A stretch of DNA of 64,000 nucleotides. It comes from an uncultured delta proteobacterium. GTDB taxonomy: Bacteria; Desulfobacterota; Binatia; HRBIN30; BPIQ01. Positions 51,306-59,845 of the stretch are shown here, in pieces (positions within the stretch are counted from its first letter, which is position 1; each line of letters begins with the position of its first letter). The position numbers were made by a program, and so were the translations under genes. Below the pieces are notes generated by a model. The model was not told where the DNA came from and searched no databases. It saw nothing but the letters and a program-made list of their open reading frames with translations. The stretch is from positions 32,001 through 96,000 of the forward strand of contig CAVXGR010000012.1 in NCBI GenBank assembly GCA_963761335.1. The letters run 5' to 3'.

Positions 51306-51741
51306 ACCTCCTCTCCCCTCCTGGCTCAGCCGGGCCGTGGGGAATGCCTCCGCCTTCCCACTGCCCGGTGATCAGCCACACCTCGTAGTACACCAACCAC
51401 TCCATCAACCACGGCACGATCGTGTACGCAACCAACATGTCCGAAGTCCAGCTCCGATCTCGGGGGAAGAAGAGGCATGGACGATCGGCCTCGTAGATGT
51501 GCGGAGGATCTTCCTCCCCGCGCTTTTGCAATCGAGGCTCTTCAACCCATACCCGGGGATCGCGAGGCATCTGGTACTCGATCCGGACACGATACCGGTC
51601 GGAACTAGGTCGGGGTTGAACGATTCCCCAGCAGCGCAAGCGGCTCGATTGAATGTCCCCACGGAAGCTCGGAAGTACGCGCGCCAGATGCTCGCGCTGG
51701 ATGGCAAGGCTCGTTGCACGACCGGTCAGCAAGCGACTCAC
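51298..51741 (-). CDS. Prokaryotic E2-family protein of short type II (E2) CBASS
   Basis: YRVRIEY..P.VWV, PPHIY..PCLFFP, TIVPWLMEWLVYYEVWLITGQWEGGG; GTGA-coupled to the CD-NTase. Confidence 0.85.
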   Translation of the reverse strand: MSRLLTGRATSLAIQREHLARVLPSFRGDIQSSRLRCWGIVQPRPSSDRYRVRIEYQMPRDPRVWVEEPRLQKRGEEDPPHIYEADRPCLFFPRDRSWTSDMLVAYTIVPWLMEWLVYYEVWLITGQWEGGGIPHGPAEPGGERRYA

Positions 51742-52880
51742 CTTCTCCCGTAGAAGCGATGTTGCGGTACCACTGTTCCGGCAGACGGGATGATAGTTAG
51801 CTGGGCGGCGGGGCCTATGCGGAGCGAGCGGCTCTCGCTGGCGGCTTGCATGCTCTTAGCGAAGATCGTGACGGCACGGTTAGCAACGGTTTCGCCGAAG
51901 AGGCTGCCGAGCTCTTTGCCGAGCTCGGGCAACGCGAGCTCAGAGAGCCTCACTACGCGAGATCGCAATCGCGCAATCCAATCGACGAACGCGTAGTACC
52001 GAGCGGGGTCGGCATCCAATGCTTCAGAAAAGCACTCATCCTCGTTCGTGGGATTGCATAGCTCGAGGGGTTCGCCGTCGGCGGCGTCGATCCGCGCTTG
52101 AATCGCGTCGAGAACGGAGGACAGCGCGGTGAAGAGGCTCTGTTCGCCCTGATACACGTCACCCGCCAGCGTAGTGAGCACGATCGAGCGCGGCGCCAGG
52201 TCCTCGTCATCGAATGCGATGTCGCGCTGCCGCTTGAGCAACTGGACCACCTGTTTAAGCACGGCCTTCAGCTCGACGCTCTCCTCCTCCGGCAGCGGCT
52301 CGTACGCGCGCGCCTTCAAGACAAGATTTACTGCTCGCTGGCAGCAGTCTTCGAACCAGTCGCGAAAACCCTTCGGGTTGCCGTAGCACCAATCGCGCAG
52401 CTTTCGATCGGGGATCTCGATGCAGGTACCGCCCCGTACAACGTCGTGCCGGCCGGGCAAGACATCGATGTAGAAGAGCCTTTCGATGATGATCCGGACA
52501 CACCGCTTCAGCTTTTCGATATGCCCCTTGTAAGCGCTGCAGAGGGAAAGATCGCGGTGGAGCAGGTTGAATAGCTCCGAGGACGTTCCATTGAAGTAGG
52601 GGAGCTCGACGACGCAGTCGAGATCGAACTCGTCCCGCAAGCGTGGCCTGACCGTGGTGCCGTATGACATCGAGCCCTGCGGATAGACGAGCGGCTCGTA
52701 CACCCAGAGGCCACCCCCGGTGCGGTTCAGCCACTTGTTCAGGTTGTCGTATTCGATCTCGGCGAGCGCGCGCTGTTGCGGGCTCAACTGCAGAGCCTTG
52801 GCCACTTCGCGCAGAAGGAAGTCGATCTCCTCAATTCGGGTCGTCCCGAGGAACGGGGTAGCGACTACGGATGCCGGCAT
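51738..52880 (-). CDS. CBASS cGAS/DncV-like nucleotidyltransferase (CD-NTase)
   Basis: PQGSMSYGTTVRP..EFDLD, YIDVLP, NPKGF..WF, QLLKRQRD, SIVLTTL, NPTNEDECF; C-terminal HRFYGRR. Confidence 0.93.
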   Translation of the reverse strand: MPASVVATPFLGTTRIEEIDFLLREVAKALQLSPQQRALAEIEYDNLNKWLNRTGGGLWVYEPLVYPQGSMSYGTTVRPRLRDEFDLDCVVELPYFNGTSSELFNLLHRDLSLCSAYKGHIEKLKRCVRIIIERLFYIDVLPGRHDVVRGGTCIEIPDRKLRDWCYGNPKGFRDWFEDCCQRAVNLVLKARAYEPLPEEESVELKAVLKQVVQLLKRQRDIAFDDEDLAPRSIVLTTLAGDVYQGEQSLFTALSSVLDAIQARIDAADGEPLELCNPTNEDECFSEALDADPARYYAFVDWIARLRSRVVRLSELALPELGKELGSLFGETVANRAVTIFAKSMQAASESRSLRIGPAAQLTIIPSAGTVVPQHRFYGRR

Positions 52881-52902
52881 GTGATTGTCCTCTTGGAACC
52901 TG

Positions 52903-52941
52903 AAGATAGCATCTCGACAAAGCTAGTCAAGATGCTATCTT
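52903..52941. promoter_or_regulatory. Palindromic operator or bidirectional promoter between the CD-NTase and SAVED genes
   Basis: AAGATAGCATCTCGAC-N7-GTCAAGATGCTATCTT; arms match at 15 of 16 positions. Confidence 0.75.
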
Positions 52942-52947
52942 TGCGCA

Positions 52948-54726
52948 ATGAACTGCTCTCTCCTTCTGATCGTGCAGTCGGGTCTGCGCCTCATTCCGGA
53001 ATCCGAGGTCCTGGATACGCTCGACGCCGACGTAAAGGCCCTGCCGCGGCGCACGGTGGAGATCGACATGCGATCGCTGGCCGCCGACTTCGCCAGCGGT
53101 GACTGGACCGCGGCCGATCAAATGCTCCGAGAAGAGGCAGCTCGCATCCGGCGCATTGCCGACGAACTGTCCGATCCCGCAATCCACTTCTTCGGCATTG
53201 CGGAGGTGCCGGCCGTGGTGGCCCTCGGGGCCTATCTTGGTACCGAGCGGCCGGTCGTCGCGCACGAATACGACCGCGATGCAGGGGCGTGGCTCTGGAA
53301 GGGGACCTCGCATCGCATCGAAATCCTCGCTCCTCCACCGACAGACTGCGTGATCTCGCAGAGCGGCATCGCGGTGGTCCGGGTGGAAATCTCGGCCTTT
53401 GTGAGCGACGGTGATGTATTCGAAGCGGTCGGAGGGGAAAGGCTTGCAGATGTCAGGATCAGACTTGCGGATGTAGTTCCCGAAGTGGGCCGTGTCTCGT
53501 CGCGAGGAGATGTGGAGGCAGTCCGATCGGCATTTCGGACGGCATTGGGGGCCGTTCAAGGAGCTTTCCCCAACCTGCAGGAGATCCACTTGTTTGCGGC
53601 TGTCCCGGTGTCGATCGCTCTCGCGATCGGACAAGAGATCGTTCCGAGGAATTCGGTTCCGGTCCAGACGTATCGGTACCGACGTGCGGAAGATGGCCGC
53701 GCACAGACGCCCGCAATCCTGATCTCGGCCCTACCCGGGGATGCAGCAGCCGCTACTTTGACCGAGCAACAGACCAGCGAGGCGCAGGGGCTTCGCGCGA
53801 CCCTGTGGCAGCATGCCATGGAAGAGATCAGCGCATATGGGCGGGAGAAACCCCCAACGGAACGCCTGTGGTACGAGCACCTGGAACCCAGGGCGGTTCT
53901 TCAGGAAATCGGGCCTTTCCCCGTGCTGCCCTCCGTGGGCGGAATCGTTCCCATCGATCCAAAGATCGACCTGACCTCGAAACCGCTGGAGTTCTCCTAC
54001 GATCGGACCGATGGCCTCTGGAAAATAGGTGACCAGCTTGTGCTCGGGTTGCTCGAAGCTGCGGACCTTGATCAAGCGCGCTGCGGTGACGCGATCTTCC
54101 TCTTCGCGCTCCATGAGTATCTGCACGATTACCACTGCCTGACCGCCTACACTGCCGCCGAAGTCGGGAAGTTCGCGCATGTCCTCGAACATGTGGACTA
54201 CGTCGCCGATGCGTATGCGTTGACGTACCTTCTTGATCGCAGGATCAGAGCGAACGACGACCTTCTCCGCGACGAGCAAGCGCAGCGCCGGCTTGTCGTG
54301 GATCGCATTGATCTCATCATCCGCTCTTTCTGGGCATTCGAACCTCCCCGCCGGCGCATGTGGGAGGTCCGCCGGTTGCGCCGCCATCTCAATTGGTACT
54401 GGCGGCAAGCTCAGGTCCGCGCGGCCCCGAGCTTGCGCTGCGCACTCGCATTGCTTGCCAAGCAGCCCTGCATCGAGCTTTCCGGACTCCGGCATTTCAC
54501 GCGCGGTCGCCGCGTGATGGTGGACCTGTCGTCACCCGATCCAAGAACAACACTCGAGTTGGCGGTGGTGCTCGAAAACGAGCAAATGCATCGGCAGCTC
54601 CACGGACCGGCCACAGACATCGCCGCGCTGTGTACCGGTTTCACGAACCGAGATCACGAAGGGATTCAGCGCTTCTTCCGTGCGCTCTTCGATTCAGCGC
54701 CCCGGGAGTACCGCTTGCCGGCGTGA
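52948..54726 (+). CDS. SAVED-domain effector with C-terminal HEXXH metallopeptidase-like domain
   Basis: SAVED motifs IHFFGIAEVPAVVALG, W.W, IHLFAAVPVSIALAIGQ; C-terminal FALHEYLH..EHVDYVADAYA. Confidence 0.85.
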   Translation: MNCSLLLIVQSGLRLIPESEVLDTLDADVKALPRRTVEIDMRSLAADFASGDWTAADQMLREEAARIRRIADELSDPAIHFFGIAEVPAVVALGAYLGTERPVVAHEYDRDAGAWLWKGTSHRIEILAPPPTDCVISQSGIAVVRVEISAFVSDGDVFEAVGGERLADVRIRLADVVPEVGRVSSRGDVEAVRSAFRTALGAVQGAFPNLQEIHLFAAVPVSIALAIGQEIVPRNSVPVQTYRYRRAEDGRAQTPAILISALPGDAAAATLTEQQTSEAQGLRATLWQHAMEEISAYGREKPPTERLWYEHLEPRAVLQEIGPFPVLPSVGGIVPIDPKIDLTSKPLEFSYDRTDGLWKIGDQLVLGLLEAADLDQARCGDAIFLFALHEYLHDYHCLTAYTAAEVGKFAHVLEHVDYVADAYALTYLLDRRIRANDDLLRDEQAQRRLVVDRIDLIIRSFWAFEPPRRRMWEVRRLRRHLNWYWRQAQVRAAPSLRCALALLAKQPCIELSGLRHFTRGRRVMVDLSSPDPRTTLELAVVLENEQMHRQLHGPATDIAALCTGFTNRDHEGIQRFFRALFDSAPREYRLPA

Positions 54727-54868
54727 TCGGCTCCTGTTGCGAAACGCGAGCTGGGCGAGAAGTTCGCTTTCTTCGAGAACGCGGCACTTCCCAATCCGGG
54801 GAAAGAACATGTCAAGCGCCGATCGAGACGCGTAGCCGGTGGATGTCCGGATGTCCGCGCTGCACTAG

Positions 54869-55310
54869 CCTTGATCTGACAAAAATGCCGCCTACGCGGC
54901 ACGTGGAAGGCGGTTGTCGATCGCTTGAAACTGCTTGCGGACAGCAGCAGTGGTGCCGACTTCGAGAGTCGGCCGGCCGTCGGGATGCAGGACGATACCG
55001 GCACGGTGAAGCAGCTCGTAGCGAAGCGTGTCAATGCTGCGAAAGGCGAACATGCTGCGAAAGGCGAACATGCTGCGAAAGGCGAACATGCTGCGAAAGG
55101 CGAACAGCGGCCGCCGAACAGCGCTGCGCGAGCGCTCGACGACCAGACCGGTGGCGACCTGGAAGCCACGCATGAGGTTGAAGGCGATGACGCTCAGCTG
55201 CTGCCAGGCGCTGTTGGCCGCGTACTGCATGGACGGCACGCTGGCGAAGGCGAAGCCGCTCTTCAGTTCGCCGTAGGCCTTCTCGTGCCCGCCGCGCCCA
55301 CACATGAAGC
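54869..55310 (-). mobile_element. IS1380-family remnant (transposase C-terminus and right end)
   Basis: HEKAYGELKSGF..ANSAW..AFNL..TLRYELL..G; putative IR CCTTGATCTGAC at 54869. Confidence 0.7.
55034..55105. repeat. Perfect 18-bp tandem repeat, 4 copies (ATGCTGCGAAAGGCGAAC)
   Basis: Copies start at 55034, 55052, 55070 and 55088. Confidence 0.95.
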
Positions 55311-55450
55311 CTCGGTGGACACTCAAAACCGGCCATACATGGACAGCTGAAAAGCGGCCATAGGAGAGAGCGCTCGGGACGTTGACGAAGCCGAGGGGAA
55401 GCGATTCCCCCGGCGGGATGGGCAACGTCTTGAGTAGAGAGAAGAGGAAC
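55311..55450 (+). mobile_element. IS21-family left-end fragment with truncated istA start
   Basis: Tandem TGGACA..AAAA.CGGCCA sub-terminal repeats, then ATG 55418 MGNVLSREKR resembling IstA N-termini. Confidence 0.6.
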
Positions 55451-55600
55451 CATGGGCCCCTCGCCGTAGGCAGCTGCTGACGGCCGCGTCCGGCAGCGAG
55501 CGTCATTCCGATGCGCTGATGCCGACGATTGCGTGCCCGCAACGGGGTGCGCCATGACACGCTGCCGAATTCTTCTCCCGGTGGCACCCGGGTCTTGCCC

Positions 55601-58600
55601 TCATCGAAGACCAGGCCCTCCTACCTGGCGGCTCTCTTCTGCCGCGACTCCCCCTGCCGCGAACTCCACGATCTCGTCGAGCACGGCACGTGTCTCGTCC
55701 AGGTCTTCGTGCACTCGGCCAAGCCAATCCTCGAAAGCTGCCGGTGTAAGGACGACGTTTTCACCTCCATTGGCGAGGAGGATTGAATTGCAACAGCGTT
55801 CCAGCCGCACCAACCAATCTCGGGCGGATCCGATCCGGCGCAGTGCCTCAAGTAGGTTCGAGAGATCCGCGGACTGATCAGCTGCAACGCGTCGCAGCGC
55901 CGAGATCTCTTTGGCGAAAGATGCGAGGCACGGTTCCAGTGCCTCGTCGGAAAGGCCGTATCGGGATGCGAGGTCTACGAGCGGCCCGAACCGGGTCATC
56001 GTCAGCACGAAGGCAGCGAGACCTCCCTGAAGGCCGAGCGCGGCGGCGAGCAGAGGAGAGTCCCAGATCTCGATCGCCAAAGCTTCGAAGTCCGCGACGG
56101 GAACAGGCAAGGCCGCGACGTGATGGGCAGCAACCCGAAAATCCGAGAGCGTCACAAAGAGGACAGGCGAACTCAGAAAGGAGCCCGCCGATTGCAGCGC
56201 CTTGCCGCGCAGGGTGTGGGTCATGAACACATGCGGCCACTCGATCGTCAGCGGCGTCCACGCAAGCTCGGTCAGGTTGCTCTTCTGAGCTGCTCGCCAG
56301 ACGGCAAGCACGATCTCCGACCGCAATGCCTCCATGGTGGCGAGGTGCAGATGGTTGCAGACCACCACAAGGCAGACGCGGCCGTCAATGACGTGGTGTC
56401 CCTCGCTGACTCGGGCCGCCCCACCCTCCGGCGCCACGACCTTCTCAAGTTCCTCCCGCAGAAGGCGCAGGAGCTCTTGCCGCTGGGCCTCGATCCGCGG
56501 CTCTAGAGAGGATGCGCCGCCGATGACGCGTTCCGCTGGCGCCTGAACGAATGCGCTGGCGACAACCCACAAGTGCAGGAAGGTCTTCGACTCGTGCGAA
56601 TCAATCTCGTCGAGCGGTCTTGGCGATACATACCGGCCGAACCAGCGGTGGAACTCGCTCTGCATGGCAGCCAGCACTCGCCAAGCGTTCCCGAGATTCA
56701 CGAGCAGCAGTCGTCCCCCGTTTGTCTCTGCAGGCGGGTTGGATGCCGGATTCTTGACGGCCAGATGCTCCGCTGTCGCTTCCGGCATCCGGCGGATGAC
56801 CTGCTGGATTCCCATTTCATACTCGCCCCAGAGCTTCAGCCAATCACGGAACCGCCGAACGCTCCTTGCCATCCCATATGCCGATATCACGTTGGAGGCT
56901 CGGTCAGAGTCCTGCGCTTGCAGTGCAGGACCGGCAGCCTGACGGCTTGAGCGCGGCGACTCGTGTTGGCGATTCTCGGATGTGAATCCCCACTCATCCA
57001 CGGCGATCTGGGGGAACATCGGCAGATGCGCCAGGCTGTTTACTCGCTCCAGTTCGGTTCTGGGAAGCTGCCGAATCGTCTTCCGCTGAACGATCGATTC
57101 CTCCAGAAACCGGCCCCAACCCCGATGCAGGCTCCGGAAGAAACCGCACGCAGCCCGTCGGAAGCGAAGAATTGCCTCCGCATAGGCACGCCACGATGGC
57201 GCGCGCCGGTGACGGTAGTCCACCAACGCGATGAAGACCGAGTTGAGCCATACCGCGCGGTCCGGTGGCAGGTCGGCCGCCGGAAAGGCCTTGGTCGTCG
57301 GGTCATGCATCATGATGTCGGCGAACAGCTCCGTCCCAATCGCTTGTGAACCGAATGTCGCCCTCTGCGGAAACAATCGCCGGAGCAGATTGATCCTCTT
57401 CATGGTCTGCGACTGCCAGTCGTGCGCCTCGGGCGAGTCGCCCGAGGCAGCGTCGATGACGATTAGGGGAAAGAATACCTTGACCTCGTCGTGCTCATCG
57501 GCGACATGGATTGACCGCGTCTCGCGGACGAATCGTTGCGCAATCTCAGCAGCATGGCGTGCATGCCAATCGGCGAATGCTGGATCGGCAAGAGCCGCTC
57601 GACCGGAGATGAAGCGCCCCAAATCGGACAGCGTCAACGATCCGGGAAGAGGTTCTGGCAGCAGCTGAAGCAGCGCATCGCGGAGTGGACCCACGATGCT
57701 CCTGGTGCCGATCCAGAACGCCAGATCTCCCGCCAGAACCCAGTCGAGCTCCGTGACAGGTGGCGCGGCGGGCGAGTTCACAGAGGCTGCCCACGCGCTC
57801 AGCGGAGCGAACACCCGCTCCTTCGGCGTCAGTGGAACCTCGGGAATATCGAGATCGCTAAGCATTGGGAGATTCCGCCGCAACTCACGCCACGCGGTTG
57901 TGTCGAAACCGACGAAGGCGTCGGCCTGCAACACCCAACCGCCTTGGTGTTCTGCAATGACTGCAGACAAGGCCTCGGCGTTTTCGCGCTCGTAGCGACT
58001 CACACCTTCCCAGAGCAGAGCGCGACCAATGCCGCCCGCCTGTGACCACGTGCGGAGCGGCAACGCCATCAATCCAGTCAAGACGGCGTCCCCGTACTCG
58101 AAGTGTCGCGAGAAAGCACTCAGGAGAAATCGCTCGATGTCATCGTCCACGACCAAGGGCAAGCAGTGGATGGCGAGGTCGACCCACATCTCCGGGCAGT
58201 CATGCAATAGGGCACGCTCTGTGGCTTGTGAGCGCAGCGCGTGCAGCCCAGCAATCGTCGTCCCGCTTGCTGCATCGGAGAGGCGAACGAGATACTCGTT
58301 TTCGAGAACTGCCAACGGGCGCTCGAACGGGCCGAGCCCGACAAGCTCGCAGGCGTCGCTCAGCTTCAGGTGACACTCGGCGGCATTGGCGACAGCGGCG
58401 AGAGCCAGTAAGCGCAGATGCGCCTTCGTGATTCGCGCCCCCGGCTCGTCGGCACTTGCTTCGGCTTGCAACCGGGATACCTGTCCCTCGATCTTGGCGT
58501 TCAGCGTCTGGCCTTCGCTCACCAGGTGCGTGAACTCGAGCAACGGGCCGGCGTCTATTGACGTGAAGCGCGCCCAGGCTTCCTCGAAATCCAATGCGTG

Positions 58601-59830
58601 CTCTCCGGATGTGCTCCCGATCAGTGCCTGATAGATGTTCTCTGCCTCATCACGCGAGATGGCGTCGAGAACCAGATCCTCGATGTCGACATCTGGCGCG
58701 ATTGCTGGGGCGCGGCGAAAATCTTCCTCGCGCACGGCGACGAGCACTTTCAGCCCGATCTCCGTCAATTGACGCACGAGCTCGACCCAGCCGGTATCCG
58801 TAGGTGCCAGATCGAGGAGCACGATGGCGCGGAGTCGAAGTCGTTCGACGTGACCGCGGAGCGCGTTTGCGATCTGCGATGCGTGCGTGCGCCCTTCGAC
58901 GAAGCGGACATGAAAGCGCAGCCCTTCGGCGCAGTAGTCATGAAGGTAACGGAGCGCCAATGACGATTTCCCCTGGCCGGACGCTCCACGCACCACGACC
59001 ACGGCATGCTGCGTCATCTTCTCATGCAGCTCTGCAAGGCGCTGGGGCCGCACGGAGTCGGCCGCGGCGAGGATGTGATTCCATTGCGCTTGAACGCCAA
59101 GCTTGTACTCGTGGCGAAGCCGCTCGCGCTCGTTATCCGCCAGGGCAACGGCCGAGAGCGGCCGTAGCGCGTTCATCCACTCTGCCGTGTGATCGCGGAG
59201 AACAGAGAGATAATCCCCGATGCCCTGCAGTTGCTGCAGCACGCTCGAACGGGTGAGGGTTCGGCGTTGTTCGGACGCCTCGAAGATCCAGTAGAGGAGC
59301 ACCTCCAGGGCGGTGTCGGCATGCAGCCCAGCGATCGTACCTTCGAGCGACGCGAGCACGCCGGCTCGCAGGCGTGCTTCCTCCGGACGAGTGACATTGC
59401 CGTTCAGCTCCGCGAGGAACTCCTCCGCCTCGCTCTCAGCGATCGCGGAGTTGCCCTGATGGATCTTTGCCGCAGCCGTCTTGCGGTGAGGGCCCGTTCC
59501 CGCAATGGCACCGCCGAGTTCTACGCCGAGACGTCCAAAGGTCGCCAGTACATGCCGGCAGGAGGGATGAGCCTGCCTTCGCCGCTTCATCCTGGCGAAG
59601 AATCCGCCGGGGCTCGCCGGCTTCAGATCGGACACGGCCAGTGGAGCGGCGTGATCTTTTACCTGCACCGCCTCGACGAGCTGCCCGGAGGTGTCAAAGA
59701 CAGCGAGGTCTTCTTCGCCTTCCGGACGATAGGATTGCGTCCCGGCGTTCGTGTCCGTCAGCAGGCGCCAAAGGACATAAAGCGCCTGCTTGCGATAGCC
59801 GCGATAGGTAAAGGAAACGTCACCCGGCAT
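55601..59830 (-). CDS. PD-(D/E)XK (Cap4-like) nuclease + STAND NTPase + large C-terminal region; Avs-like defence protein
   Basis: GY..Q..Y, EGEEDL, VQVKD; Walker A GASGQGKS; Walker B IVLLD; GPLLEF; 1409 aa. Confidence 0.78.
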   Translation of the reverse strand: MPGDVSFTYRGYRKQALYVLWRLLTDTNAGTQSYRPEGEEDLAVFDTSGQLVEAVQVKDHAAPLAVSDLKPASPGGFFARMKRRRQAHPSCRHVLATFGRLGVELGGAIAGTGPHRKTAAAKIHQGNSAIAESEAEEFLAELNGNVTRPEEARLRAGVLASLEGTIAGLHADTALEVLLYWIFEASEQRRTLTRSSVLQQLQGIGDYLSVLRDHTAEWMNALRPLSAVALADNERERLRHEYKLGVQAQWNHILAAADSVRPQRLAELHEKMTQHAVVVVRGASGQGKSSLALRYLHDYCAEGLRFHVRFVEGRTHASQIANALRGHVERLRLRAIVLLDLAPTDTGWVELVRQLTEIGLKVLVAVREEDFRRAPAIAPDVDIEDLVLDAISRDEAENIYQALIGSTSGEHALDFEEAWARFTSIDAGPLLEFTHLVSEGQTLNAKIEGQVSRLQAEASADEPGARITKAHLRLLALAAVANAAECHLKLSDACELVGLGPFERPLAVLENEYLVRLSDAASGTTIAGLHALRSQATERALLHDCPEMWVDLAIHCLPLVVDDDIERFLLSAFSRHFEYGDAVLTGLMALPLRTWSQAGGIGRALLWEGVSRYERENAEALSAVIAEHQGGWVLQADAFVGFDTTAWRELRRNLPMLSDLDIPEVPLTPKERVFAPLSAWAASVNSPAAPPVTELDWVLAGDLAFWIGTRSIVGPLRDALLQLLPEPLPGSLTLSDLGRFISGRAALADPAFADWHARHAAEIAQRFVRETRSIHVADEHDEVKVFFPLIVIDAASGDSPEAHDWQSQTMKRINLLRRLFPQRATFGSQAIGTELFADIMMHDPTTKAFPAADLPPDRAVWLNSVFIALVDYRHRRAPSWRAYAEAILRFRRAACGFFRSLHRGWGRFLEESIVQRKTIRQLPRTELERVNSLAHLPMFPQIAVDEWGFTSENRQHESPRSSRQAAGPALQAQDSDRASNVISAYGMARSVRRFRDWLKLWGEYEMGIQQVIRRMPEATAEHLAVKNPASNPPAETNGGRLLLVNLGNAWRVLAAMQSEFHRWFGRYVSPRPLDEIDSHESKTFLHLWVVASAFVQAPAERVIGGASSLEPRIEAQRQELLRLLREELEKVVAPEGGAARVSEGHHVIDGRVCLVVVCNHLHLATMEALRSEIVLAVWRAAQKSNLTELAWTPLTIEWPHVFMTHTLRGKALQSAGSFLSSPVLFVTLSDFRVAAHHVAALPVPVADFEALAIEIWDSPLLAAALGLQGGLAAFVLTMTRFGPLVDLASRYGLSDEALEPCLASFAKEISALRRVAADQSADLSNLLEALRRIGSARDWLVRLERCCNSILLANGGENVVLTPAAFEDWLGRVHEDLDETRAVLDEIVEFAAGGVAAEESRQVGGPGLR

Positions 59831-59845
59831 GTGTCCGTGATTATG

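Noticed and set aside
55034..55105. Possible CRISPR array
   Set aside because: Head-to-tail 18-mers with no spacers, and no cas genes in the window.
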